Below, in pieces: positions 20,088 to 29,731 of a DNA stretch of 64,000 nt. The translations under genes and the position numbers were made by a program. How positions within the stretch are numbered: the stretch's first letter is position 1; each line of letters begins with the position of its first letter. The notes under the pieces were generated by a model. That model worked only from the letters and a program-made list of their open reading frames with translations, searched no databases and was not told the origin of the DNA. This DNA is from Candidatus Aenigmatarchaeota archaeon (lineage in GTDB: Archaea > EX4484-52): positions 15,383-79,382 of the forward strand of contig JAGLPV010000010.1 in NCBI GenBank assembly GCA_023137195.1, given 5' to 3'.

Positions 20088-20740
20088 AAACACTTTTGAT
20101 AACCAGACCAAATTACGACGATGCAACAAGCTATTTGTTTCCTTATGCGAATCTTATTATAAAATACGCCATTAAAATCAATACAAAAACAATTGATTTG
20201 AAACGACCGCGTTTAAGGAGAAAAGATTTTACCAGTTTAATGACAAAACAGAACCCTTCTCTGGTGTTCTTTAACGCCCATGGCAGTGAAAAGTGCATAT
20301 TTGGCGATAAAATAGGTGAAAAAGAAGAGATTTTAGTTGAAGAAAACAAAAATCACTCTATTTTAAGCAACAAAATAGTTTACGCCCGCGCATGCTGGGC
20401 GGCGGCTTCCTTGGGAAAAGCATGCACCATAAAAGGAGGTTGTTTTATTGGCTATAAAACACCATTTAGTTTTTGGAGTAATGAGAAGTGGTCGACAAAG
20501 CCGTTAAATGACAATATTGCAAGACTTTTTCTTGAACCTTCAAATTTGATTGTTGAATCTTTATTGAAAGGAAATTCCGCCAAAGAAGCAACTGACAAGT
20601 CAGAAACCATGATGAAGAAAAATATATTAAGACTACTAAAAATAAAAAAAGAGCCAGGGGCAATGGCTTCTGTTATGATATTATGGAATAATATTTCCGG
20701 TCAGGAAATTCTGGGAGATAAAGAAATGAAATTTGTCTGA
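20084..20740 (+). CDS. Putative clan CD (caspase/gingipain/CHAT-like) cysteine peptidase
   Basis: LVFFNAHGS (strand-His-Gly) and IVYARAC (strand-Ala-Cys) dyad pattern; later FIGY motif. Confidence 0.6.
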   Translation: MKTLLITRPNYDDATSYLFPYANLIIKYAIKINTKTIDLKRPRLRRKDFTSLMTKQNPSLVFFNAHGSEKCIFGDKIGEKEEILVEENKNHSILSNKIVYARACWAAASLGKACTIKGGCFIGYKTPFSFWSNEKWSTKPLNDNIARLFLEPSNLIVESLLKGNSAKEATDKSETMMKKNILRLLKIKKEPGAMASVMILWNNISGQEILGDKEMKFV

Positions 20741-20744
20741 TACT

Positions 20745-21893
20745 TCAAAACCCAAACAACAAATAAAGCCCCCATATAATCACCCCGGAAATCACAGGCA
20801 TAGTTATATTATCATTAATCCTTTTCCCTCTGTATTTCACATCAATAAGCTCAGCAACCGTCCCGGCAATTGCACTCAACACCAAAAACAACAACGCCTT
20901 CATCCCGTAAATCCCGTTATAATCAAAAAAAACCAGCAACGTAATAAAACTAAACAAAAAACACGCAGCACTACCCCCAACAGATTTGTCAGGATGAAAC
21001 TTCAATTTATCTGTCTTAAAATGCGTCCCGAATATAGTCGCAAATGAATCCCCTGATGCCAAAATCAAAATAGCCATAAGAGCAATCATCTTAGGAAACA
21101 AAATACATGAAATCACACTCCCAACAATAAAATACATAGCCCCCGCAGTAGCCGACTCTTTTTTCCTTTTCACTTCATTTATCAAAATATGCAGTGGAAA
21201 TATTTTTTCCTTGTAGATAATCTCCACCAAAATACCCAATGAAAGAATAGAAAAAAGAAACAAAACAGCATGCAGTTGTTTTGAAAGATTCACCAGCACA
21301 AACACAATAAATACCCCTAGAGAAAAATGAATCACCTGCCTTTTCAACTCAAGATAATTAAATGAAAATGACTCCGGCTTGTACATCAAAATCATTTTCC
21401 CAAAAGCAAAACCAATTATTGCCCCAGCAATCACATCAGAAGGATAATGAACTCCAAGAACTATGCGCGATATTGAAATAGCAAGAGTCGCCATAACCCC
21501 ACCATAATAAATGATTTTGAAATTCTTTGTCCTCTTCATGACCGACGGCAGTATCGCCAAAAGAAAAAAAGCAAAAGCCGTATGTCTACTTGGAAAGGAC
21601 AGCGATGAAGAAATATGATACAAAACCATATTCAAATCAGGATATGTGATGCAGGGACGACTCACCTGTGTTATCTGTTTCATAATCTCTGTAAACCCAT
21701 ACAGCAAAAGAAACCAGAATGAATTCAATGCAAAATATTTGATACCTTTCCTATATGACAAATACAGGACAATCAAAACAAACACATATATCATATTCGT
21801 AACAAAGACCACCACCTCTGAATTAAATTGATTCAGGAAAAACAATATGCTTATATTTAAATTATTCATCGCATTAATTAATTCAACAGACAT
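20745..21893 (-). CDS. PAP2 phosphatase fused to CTP-dependent polyprenol/dolichol kinase-like domain
   Basis: K......RP, SFPSRH, SRIVLGVHYPSDV; then RQVIH, GDSFATIFG, KSVGGS, NDNITMP. Confidence 0.85.
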   Translation of the reverse strand: MSVELINAMNNLNISILFFLNQFNSEVVVFVTNMIYVFVLIVLYLSYRKGIKYFALNSFWFLLLYGFTEIMKQITQVSRPCITYPDLNMVLYHISSSLSFPSRHTAFAFFLLAILPSVMKRTKNFKIIYYGGVMATLAISISRIVLGVHYPSDVIAGAIIGFAFGKMILMYKPESFSFNYLELKRQVIHFSLGVFIVFVLVNLSKQLHAVLFLFSILSLGILVEIIYKEKIFPLHILINEVKRKKESATAGAMYFIVGSVISCILFPKMIALMAILILASGDSFATIFGTHFKTDKLKFHPDKSVGGSAACFLFSFITLLVFFDYNGIYGMKALLFLVLSAIAGTVAELIDVKYRGKRINDNITMPVISGVIIWGLYLLFGF

Positions 21894-21942
21894 ACAAAAT
21901 ATTTAATAGAAATATATATAAGCCAATTGTTGCTATTTAGTT

Positions 21943-23256
21943 ATGCCAGATAATGTTTACAATGAAAATGGAAATTACATCTACCGTCTCAAGCATTCCG
22001 GGACAGCCATTGACTCTTTCTTAAGCCTCCTTTATGACGACCAACTAGAAGAAGTAATGTACATTGGAGAAAGAAAAACAGTAAAGATATTTCACAGAAA
22101 ATACGGCATGTGCGACACAGATTTCACTATGAAAAAAGTTGAGGCAAATAAAATAATAGAACAGATACTCAAATCAGCCCAAGATATAAATGCCTCAGGC
22201 AACATAATAAACACGAGCCTGGCAGATGGCTCCCGTGTAAATATCGTCCGGGGAGAAATAGTGGATGGCGGACCAATCATCACAATAAGAAAATTCAAAA
22301 AAGATTCAATCACAATCATTGATCTTCTAAGAAGCAAAACAATAAATATACACTTTGCCGCATACATGTGGATGTGTATAGAAGGATTAAACCTAAATCC
22401 CGCAAATATTATTTTCTGCGGTGGAACAAGCAGCGGTAAAACAACCATACTAAATGCATTCACTGTCTTCATCCCAAAAATCTCAAGAATAATCACAATC
22501 GAAGATTGCTTTGAACTGCGCCTTCCGCACCCTCATATTGTCTCCCTTGAGTCAACAAACAATGTGCCTATGCAGAGCCTGGTAAAAACAACGCTCCGTA
22601 TGAGACCCAACAGGATAATCATCGGCGAAGTAAGAGACAAAGAAGCGCAGGATTTATTTACCGCAATGAACATCGGCTTCAATGGTTGCATGGGAACACT
22701 TCATTCAAATTCATCAAGAGAAACCATTTCGCGGATAACAAACAAGCCAATGGAAGTCCCGGTAATTTTGTTAAGAAATTTAGACTTAATAGTAATGCAA
22801 AAGAAAAAAATCATCGACGGCAAAACAACAAGATACATAAGCGAAGTCAGTGAAATCAGCGGAAGCGAAGGAGACAACCCCCTGCTCAATACTGTTTTCT
22901 CTTTCAATGAAACAACAAACATTCTTGAACGCACAAACGTCCCAAGCAGGACAAGGGCAAAAATAGTAAGCCAGTCCGGCATCAGCATCATGCGATTTGA
23001 ACAAATACTGGATGCAAGAAAAAGAATACTCTCTATGCTGACAGAAAGAGGAGACTCCTACAAGAACACAGAACTCTTAGATGTCATCGACCAGCAAAGC
23101 AAAATAACAAGAGAGCAAATCGCAACAGACACAAACACTTCTAATAACACAACCACAAACAATTATTCTCCATACGAAAAAAAAGAGGAAGAAAAAAAAG
23201 AAGACAAAGGAGTATTCAGCAAAATAGGAAGTTTCTTTGAAGAAAAGATGTTTTGA
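21943..23256 (+). CDS. CpaF/VirB11-family type IV pilus assembly ATPase
   Basis: ITIRKF, GGTSSGKTT, TIED..EL, LRMRPNRIIIGEVR, GTLHS. Confidence 0.93.
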   Translation: MPDNVYNENGNYIYRLKHSGTAIDSFLSLLYDDQLEEVMYIGERKTVKIFHRKYGMCDTDFTMKKVEANKIIEQILKSAQDINASGNIINTSLADGSRVNIVRGEIVDGGPIITIRKFKKDSITIIDLLRSKTINIHFAAYMWMCIEGLNLNPANIIFCGGTSSGKTTILNAFTVFIPKISRIITIEDCFELRLPHPHIVSLESTNNVPMQSLVKTTLRMRPNRIIIGEVRDKEAQDLFTAMNIGFNGCMGTLHSNSSRETISRITNKPMEVPVILLRNLDLIVMQKKKIIDGKTTRYISEVSEISGSEGDNPLLNTVFSFNETTNILERTNVPSRTRAKIVSQSGISIMRFEQILDARKRILSMLTERGDSYKNTELLDVIDQQSKITREQIATDTNTSNNTTTNNYSPYEKKEEEKKEDKGVFSKIGSFFEEKMF

Positions 23257-23258
23257 TT

Positions 23259-24956
23259 CTAAAGAATCAAATTAAGCAATCCTCCAACCAGTAACGTCAA
23301 AGCAATCATTATCCCGACAGATTTTACAGTATCTTTCAATCCAAGCTCCTTGAACAAAATGACAAATGTAGCAATGCATGGAAAATACATTGTAAGCACA
23401 ACAGACGATATTATCAACTGTTTAACAGTCAAACCAAGAGGTAACAGCATACCGACAGCAACGTCTTTTCTCAAAAAACCAACCACCAGGGAAGCAACCG
23501 CCTCCTTTGGCAGTCCCAGTACATTAACCACAATAGGTGCTGTAATGTTACTGATAAAATCAATTATCTTCAGGACATACAAAACATTTACAACCAAAAC
23601 CCCTAAAAATACAAAAGGAATAGCTTCAGTCAAAAAACTTCTCATTCTCATCCACAGCTTCTTGACCAACCCTTTAAAATAGGGAATCCTGTATGGCGGA
23701 ATCTCTATAAATGTCTCCGGAGAATCCCCTCGAATAAATCTATTGAGCAAAAGACCGAGTACAAACCACACTGCAAATAAAGTCATAAAAAATATGCCGA
23801 GGGCATTTATACCATACTCTCCCAACAAACCAAAAACAATAGCGATTTGAGCCATGCAAGGCACTGCAATAGCCATTAGGGTTATAGCAATAAATCTTTG
23901 TCTTTTTGTCTCTAAAATTCGGGTAGACATAGCACCAGGCACATTACATCCCAATCCAAGCAGCATTGGAATAATAGCCAACCCATGCATGCCCAACTTG
24001 TGCATTATATTATCCATAAGTGTTGCAAGACGGGGCAAATACCCGCTATCTTCAAGAAAACCAAGAATAAGATAAAATGCAAATACATAAGGCAAAACCA
24101 TCACAATAGGAACAAACAAACCTGTAGTCAACAATCCCATCGACTCAACAAAATTTATTTCTCCTTCAATCAATGCCCCTATTAAAATATCATGGACAAA
24201 GCCGGAACCCAAATAAGCACTTAATCTCTCCAATACAGGAAGATACAAATTAAACAAAGGTTCAAATACACACCCAATCAAATTCTCGCCTATAAATCGC
24301 ACAATATAAAAGGCAAAAGCCATAATCAAAACAGCAATTGGTATGCCCGTCACTGGCTTTATGCTCAAATCCTTTAATCTTTCAGGAATAGTATAATGTT
24401 CTTTCCCTATCTTCTGAACAGAATCAATTATCTCTCCTACTTTTGCCCATCTCTCTTTATCAGTACGTTTACGTGCATGTGCTTTGGCTTTCGGCAGTTT
24501 TGAAACAAGCTTTTTTATGCCTTTTCCTGTTGTTGCAACCACAGGCACCACAGGAACCTTTAAGATTTCCTCAAGTTTTTTCACATCAATTTCTATTCCC
24601 TTGCGTTTTGTCTCATTCCAGAAATTCAGCGCCAGAACCACAGGTATTTTCTTCTCCATCAATTGAAGCGTCAAATATAAATTTCTCTCCAAATTGGTTA
24701 CATCAATTACATTGATGACCAAATCCCCTTCCTTCAATATATCTACTGCGACTTCTTCTGCCTTTGAACCTGCATCCAGATGATATATCCCGGGAACATC
24801 AATCACTTCCACAGATTTCCCGCCAAGTTTCATCCTGCCCTTCTTTATTTCAACAGTGGTCCCGGCATAATTTGAACTAACAACATTCAATCCTGTTATC
24901 CTTGAAAAAAAAGTACTTTTTCCAACATTCTGGTTGCCCATCAAAAGTATCTTCAT
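23259..24956 (-). CDS. feoB: Ferrous iron transporter B
   Basis: GNQNVGKS, NYAGTTVE, DVPG, LEDSGYLPR, GLGCNVP. Confidence 0.96.
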   Translation of the reverse strand: MKILLMGNQNVGKSTFFSRITGLNVVSSNYAGTTVEIKKGRMKLGGKSVEVIDVPGIYHLDAGSKAEEVAVDILKEGDLVINVIDVTNLERNLYLTLQLMEKKIPVVLALNFWNETKRKGIEIDVKKLEEILKVPVVPVVATTGKGIKKLVSKLPKAKAHARKRTDKERWAKVGEIIDSVQKIGKEHYTIPERLKDLSIKPVTGIPIAVLIMAFAFYIVRFIGENLIGCVFEPLFNLYLPVLERLSAYLGSGFVHDILIGALIEGEINFVESMGLLTTGLFVPIVMVLPYVFAFYLILGFLEDSGYLPRLATLMDNIMHKLGMHGLAIIPMLLGLGCNVPGAMSTRILETKRQRFIAITLMAIAVPCMAQIAIVFGLLGEYGINALGIFFMTLFAVWFVLGLLLNRFIRGDSPETFIEIPPYRIPYFKGLVKKLWMRMRSFLTEAIPFVFLGVLVVNVLYVLKIIDFISNITAPIVVNVLGLPKEAVASLVVGFLRKDVAVGMLLPLGLTVKQLIISSVVLTMYFPCIATFVILFKELGLKDTVKSVGIMIALTLLVGGLLNLIL

Positions 24957-25204
24957 TTTTTCTCCTCTACAAAAATTTTCATAGCCATGCCTCTCCCCAA
25001 GGCAACTTTAGTATGGTCTATTTCCAAAACCACAGGACCCGCAAGCGGCTGTGTTGTTATCTTTTTTATAGTCTTTCCAACCCTTAAATTTAAAGTCGCT
25101 ATCTTTTTTTGAAATCCACATCCATCATCCAATCGTACTATTTTTGCCTCTTTTCCTGCCTGTAACTCCAGTAAAGATATCTCCATTTTAATTTCCTTTT
25201 TCAT
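24953..25204 (-). CDS. feoA: Ferrous iron transport protein A
   Basis: SH3-like, PLAGPVVL...VALGRGMA; directly upstream of feoB. Confidence 0.92.
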   Translation of the reverse strand: MKKEIKMEISLLELQAGKEAKIVRLDDGCGFQKKIATLNLRVGKTIKKITTQPLAGPVVLEIDHTKVALGRGMAMKIFVEEKK

Positions 25205-25559
25205 TTACAAATTTCCTGATTTTATCCAGTGTTTTTTTGCTGAGCACATGCTCTGCACGGCACGCATCCTCCAAAGCTATCTTTTTGTCAACCCCGAGAA
25301 GCAGAAAAAATTTATTCAATAATTTATGCTTCGAATAAACGCCTCGTGCAATTACCTTTCCTTTTTGTGTCAATTCAACAGGACCGTATTTTTCGCTTTT
25401 AATAAATCCTTCCTCTTCAAGTTTTTTAAACATCCCTGTTACACTCGAAAGTTTAATATCTAATTTTAAAGCAATGTCTTTTACCCGAACATGTCCTTTA
25501 TCTGCCTCTGCCAAATAAATGGCTTCAAGATAATCCTCAACACTCTGTGAAATCTCCAT
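25188..25559 (-). CDS. DtxR/MntR-family metal-dependent regulator
   Basis: SVEDYLEAIY, SSVTGMFKKL, LTQKG..H..L..F, ACRAEH. Confidence 0.95.
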   Translation of the reverse strand: MEISQSVEDYLEAIYLAEADKGHVRVKDIALKLDIKLSSVTGMFKKLEEEGFIKSEKYGPVELTQKGKVIARGVYSKHKLLNKFFLLLGVDKKIALEDACRAEHVLSKKTLDKIRKFVNEKGN

Positions 25560-25560
25560 T

Positions 25561-25603
25561 GTTAGTTTAACCTAACAATTTTAGTTAGGACTAACTTTAT
25601 AAA
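25561..25603 (-). promoter_or_regulatory. Two tandem DtxR-type operator palindromes plus TATA box of the dtxR-feoAB operon
   Basis: GTTAGTTTAACCTAAC (25561-25576) and TTAGTTAGGACTAA (25581-25594) lie between TTTATAAA (25596-25603) and the ATG. Confidence 0.8.
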
Positions 25604-25671
25604 CTTTTGTCTTTCCTCTAAAAAATTGCTAAAGCAAAATATTTTTATAAACAATACAATTACTTAAATTT

Positions 25672-25935
25672 ATGACAAAAAACAAAGATAACTTTAACGG
25701 GGCAATTATCGAAGAAAGTCTGACAAATCCAAAAATACTGGAGCGGGTGCATATTACAAAAACAGAGATATTGCCCGTAACAAAAAGACATAAAACTCCC
25801 TGGGTAAAGCAATGGACATTTCATTTTGTTGAAGTTGAAGAGAAAAAGGCAGATTCTATCGCCGAAGAAATAAGCAAAAATATGAACCCTGAACATGCAG
25901 GGTATGCAGACTTCAAGAACAAGCAAATTTTTTAA
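25672..25935 (+). CDS. Small hypothetical protein, possibly truncated
   Basis: GAIIEESL..TPWVKQWT..YADFKN; ends just before a long degenerate non-coding stretch. Confidence 0.55.
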   Translation: MTKNKDNFNGAIIEESLTNPKILERVHITKTEILPVTKRHKTPWVKQWTFHFVEVEEKKADSIAEEISKNMNPEHAGYADFKNKQIF

Positions 25936-26291
25936 CGAAAAATACGAAAAAATTTTCATGTTGCGTCTAAACTTATACGCAAGATACAGTTTATACACAA
26001 CAAGTGAACTGGCGATATTGTTAAATTTGCCACAAGGATGACACAGAAATGCGTAAGTATTGAACTTCTTTGTATGTTTTGTTTAGTCCTATGTAACTCG
26101 ATTTCCGTAAATTAACTATTTTTTCGCTGTTGAAGGAATATGAAACGCAAAGCTACGAGTTTTGAGGGAGATTATCTGCTGATTTTTGCGGGTGTTGGTT
26201 CCAATCAGCGAATGTAGTTAGGTTACGTGTCAAATTCAGGATATATATGTAAAATTAAGGATTTTAAGAAAACCACAAATATACACAGTAC

Positions 26292-27047
26292 CTACCAATA
26301 AGGAGTATAATATTCGGACGTTTTGATTACTACGCCACCTTTTTTTAAATTACAATCATTACATAATAACTGAAAATTGGTAGGGTCATTTGTTCCTCCT
26401 TTATTAAGTGGAACTATATGATCATAACATAATTCATGATGGGGTTTTCTCATTACGCTAAGATCCTTACCACAGCCTTGACATCTGTCTTTATCCCTAT
26501 GCCTTACTGCATATTTCAACCATATGGGCAAACAGTTACGACGTTTAAGAACACCATCTTTTTCTAATATTTTCGGAAATTCATTCATTTTCATACATCT
26601 CACTGTTTTCGAAGCAATTTCATTCAATTTTAAAAGGAACATACGATCTCCATAAAGAATATTGAATATTTCTCCGACAATCGGGGGATTGGCTTTTGGC
26701 ATTAATTTTTCAAGAGAATCACAATATTTTCTATCATCTGGGTCTCTTTTGTTTACTTTGACGTTATATACTTTTAATATTTCTTCGAAATGATTTATTA
26801 AATCCTCATAATCCAATTTTCTCGAGAGATATTCATAATCAAGAATCCAGCGAATTTCTATCAAATCATGTAATATTGTATGTTTTTGTGGTTTAGATAT
26901 CTTATCTAGAAATTTATTATCTTGAGGGCTGAAATAGTCTTGTAAATATTCTTCTGGCGGATTTTCATAAACTAACTGATGTACAAGACCTGCGAAATCG
27001 TAAGTCCATCTATATTTAAATTTTATATCCTCTGGATCCATAATCAT
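26292..27047 (-). CDS. HNH endonuclease
   Basis: RD..RCQGCG..DHIVPLNKGGTND..NFQLLCNDCN..K. Confidence 0.93.
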   Translation of the reverse strand: MIMDPEDIKFKYRWTYDFAGLVHQLVYENPPEEYLQDYFSPQDNKFLDKISKPQKHTILHDLIEIRWILDYEYLSRKLDYEDLINHFEEILKVYNVKVNKRDPDDRKYCDSLEKLMPKANPPIVGEIFNILYGDRMFLLKLNEIASKTVRCMKMNEFPKILEKDGVLKRRNCLPIWLKYAVRHRDKDRCQGCGKDLSVMRKPHHELCYDHIVPLNKGGTNDPTNFQLLCNDCNLKKGGVVIKTSEYYTPYW

Positions 27048-27312
27048 AATATCACTGATTAATATTTATATTAACAAATATTTATTCTTGAAAAATATAA
27101 ATTATTACTTCTTTCACATATTACAATTTAATAATATGGCACATCCTTTTCGTCTCTTCATCTTCAAAGAAGACGGAGATATTATCTTTTGCGCACGTTA
27201 TCGCCATATAAACCAAATTTCTGTTGTTGACATGCACCCATTCTCTACACATTCACCATAAAACACAATGACATTCTTAAAGCCCGACCCCGGCTTTTAT
27301 GGATGATTATGA

Positions 27313-27606
27313 TGTAAGCAGGGCTTAGGTCAAGCTGTTCTTCTTCAACAAACTCGATGACCTTATACTCTCCGTTGATGTTGAATTCTACTGTTGATGT
27401 GTCCTCGTCTTTATGGATCAATATGCCTGTATCTCGTTACATATTCCCTTCTGGTAATAGTTCATTGTGCATATTACCTGGCATCCTACGTGCATCTTTC
27501 CATCTTTTAGGAGGGCATTGTTTACTCTTTCTGCTGTTTTTATGTCGTTGTCAGGACAATATACTTCACTTTTTTTCAAAAGGGAGATAAATTGTGTTTT
27601 CTTCAC
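27313..27606 (-). pseudogene. Possible decayed HicA/HicB-like toxin-antitoxin remnants
   Basis: MKKTQFISLLKK start resembles HicA; a frameshifted MKYR..ILIHKDED fragment resembles a HicB N-terminus. Confidence 0.3.
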
Positions 27607-27754
27607 TTTGTTACGAAAACGAATTATTTATAAGATTTTAATATTTAGTTATATATTATAACAAATAAAATGCCAGATATAGCTTTCAAGATAATGTCTT
27701 TTACTTTTAAATTGATAGATATTTTTTCACCAAGAAATAAAATACAATATAGAA

Positions 27755-28063
27755 ATGATAAAAAAAGGAGGGCAATTGACACTAAGGATTCCAACAAAAG
27801 ATGATTTACTATCTTGGCTGAAAAAAGGAATTCCTCTAATATTGACCATGAAAATAGGTCCTCTTTATGGAATGGTACCTTCAAAAAAACGGAGAAAAAC
27901 AGTAGACCAGCACGGTGTTGTCGTTTATGGATATGACGGCAAAAATTTCCTGATTAACGACCCGTCCCCTGCCAGGAAAGCAATCAAAAAACTCCCTGCT
28001 GACCTGACCATATACTCATGGTACAGGGCAAAATGTTACACTCTTTTAGTAACAAAACAGTAA
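27755..28063 (+). pseudogene. C-terminal fragment of a C39-like peptidase
   Basis: GIPLIL...HGVVVYGYDGKNFLINDP; the N-terminal catalytic Cys region is not evident. Confidence 0.6.
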
Positions 28064-28244
28064 ACTAAAAAGTTGCACCAACCATAAAAACCAACAATAA
28101 CATACATTTTAAACTGTTCATCCAAACGTACAGGCGGTATGGCTCAGGAATATCGCAAATAAAGCCAAAAACGAAAGCTTTATATACTTTATTATACATA
28201 TAAAGTTGTTATTACTGAGAAGTAGTAACAAGAGGGGGGTTAAA

Positions 28245-29678
28245 ATGAAAAACATTACACTAGTAGTATTAGTCATATCATGTTTAATTACATGCTTCGG
28301 GAGCATAACCTATGCTCTCCCGGCAATTGAACTAACAGAAATAGACATTTCAGATAATATTTTTATAGGCGACATAATAGATGTTTCCATTGATTTTAGC
28401 GTTGCATCAGACAGATCAGAACTTGTTCGCCTGTCATTATACATAGACAATAAAATAAAGGACACATACAGTTCCTTTTACCCGGACGGGGACTTTTCAT
28501 TCACATTCCATTACGACACGGATCACATCTCCCGTGGAGAGCACGAGATGAAAATAAAGGCAGAAATTATCAGGGATGACGAAGTAAGAGACTCAGACAC
28601 CCAGATACAAACATTTGAATTAAAAAAAATCACATCAGACATCTATCACAACACCCAGATAACCCAGATGAACTATCCTCTCAAAGCACCGATGAACTCA
28701 AAAGTACCAATAACACTGACAATTCAAAATGACGGCGTAGTAGACGAATCAAGCCTACAAACCAAAATAACACTAAATTCAAAAACATACAAATCAGATT
28801 ATTTCTACTTAGAAAGAGATTCCAAAAAAAGCCAGACCATATACATAACAACACCTATGGACAAAGGAGAATATGAAATTATAATAGAAACAAAAAATCC
28901 CTATGTTATGGACAAAAAAACTATTGTCCTGACCGTAGAAGACATTTCCCTTATCTTAAAAACAGACGCAGTAAATATCAGTGAAGAAAAATATGTATTT
29001 ATATACGGCTATGTAAGAGAAGAAAAACCAAGACAAAATTATGTTTACCTATACAAAGACAACAAATATTCTGTAAAAATAATGCCCGAAAGCGACGGTT
29101 ATTTTTCATATTTCCTGAAATTTGACGAACCGGGAGAACACATAATCACAGCAAAAATATATGGATTAAGGGAAGACATCAAAATAAATACCTTCGCCCT
29201 ACCTGAAGAAAAAGAAGAAACTCCTGTTGAAAACAAAACAACATTTATCCCTAATGATGAAGATATAGAAAATAAAACACCTGTTGACGAGCAACCAAAA
29301 GAAACAAACAACCACATAAGCGGTCAGTTTATCAAAAAAACAGAACTGCCAAATATAATGGCATTATTCCTATTGTTCGTAGCCATCATAATACTAAGTT
29401 GCTTTGCTGTAGGTTACCATCACATAAAACCAATCCCATGGAACGGCATTGCACAACAAAAGCCAAAGGAAACATCAAAAGAAGAAGGATTTTTAGAGCC
29501 AAGCACAAAACTATTTCCCAAAGCAGCTCCCCTATCAAATCTAAGACCGGTACAGACATGGAACACGAAAGCAAGAGATATAAAAGCAAAAGTTGTTCCA
29601 AAAATCGCCAAAGAAGAAGAAACAATAGATGTGTATTCTCCCGCCCACTGGGTCAGTTATCGAAATATGGTTAAGTAA
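28245..29678 (+). CDS. Membrane-anchored cell-surface protein with Ig-like/CARDB-type domains
   Basis: Signal peptide, beta-rich repeats (TIQNDG..E), Pro/Glu linker, single TM helix; GAGGGGG RBS. Confidence 0.75.
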   Translation: MKNITLVVLVISCLITCFGSITYALPAIELTEIDISDNIFIGDIIDVSIDFSVASDRSELVRLSLYIDNKIKDTYSSFYPDGDFSFTFHYDTDHISRGEHEMKIKAEIIRDDEVRDSDTQIQTFELKKITSDIYHNTQITQMNYPLKAPMNSKVPITLTIQNDGVVDESSLQTKITLNSKTYKSDYFYLERDSKKSQTIYITTPMDKGEYEIIIETKNPYVMDKKTIVLTVEDISLILKTDAVNISEEKYVFIYGYVREEKPRQNYVYLYKDNKYSVKIMPESDGYFSYFLKFDEPGEHIITAKIYGLREDIKINTFALPEEKEETPVENKTTFIPNDEDIENKTPVDEQPKETNNHISGQFIKKTELPNIMALFLLFVAIIILSCFAVGYHHIKPIPWNGIAQQKPKETSKEEGFLEPSTKLFPKAAPLSNLRPVQTWNTKARDIKAKVVPKIAKEEETIDVYSPAHWVSYRNMVK

Positions 29679-29731
29679 GCCTATTATCTCACCCATATTT
29701 TCTTTTTTAAACATTTCCTCAATCAATTAGT

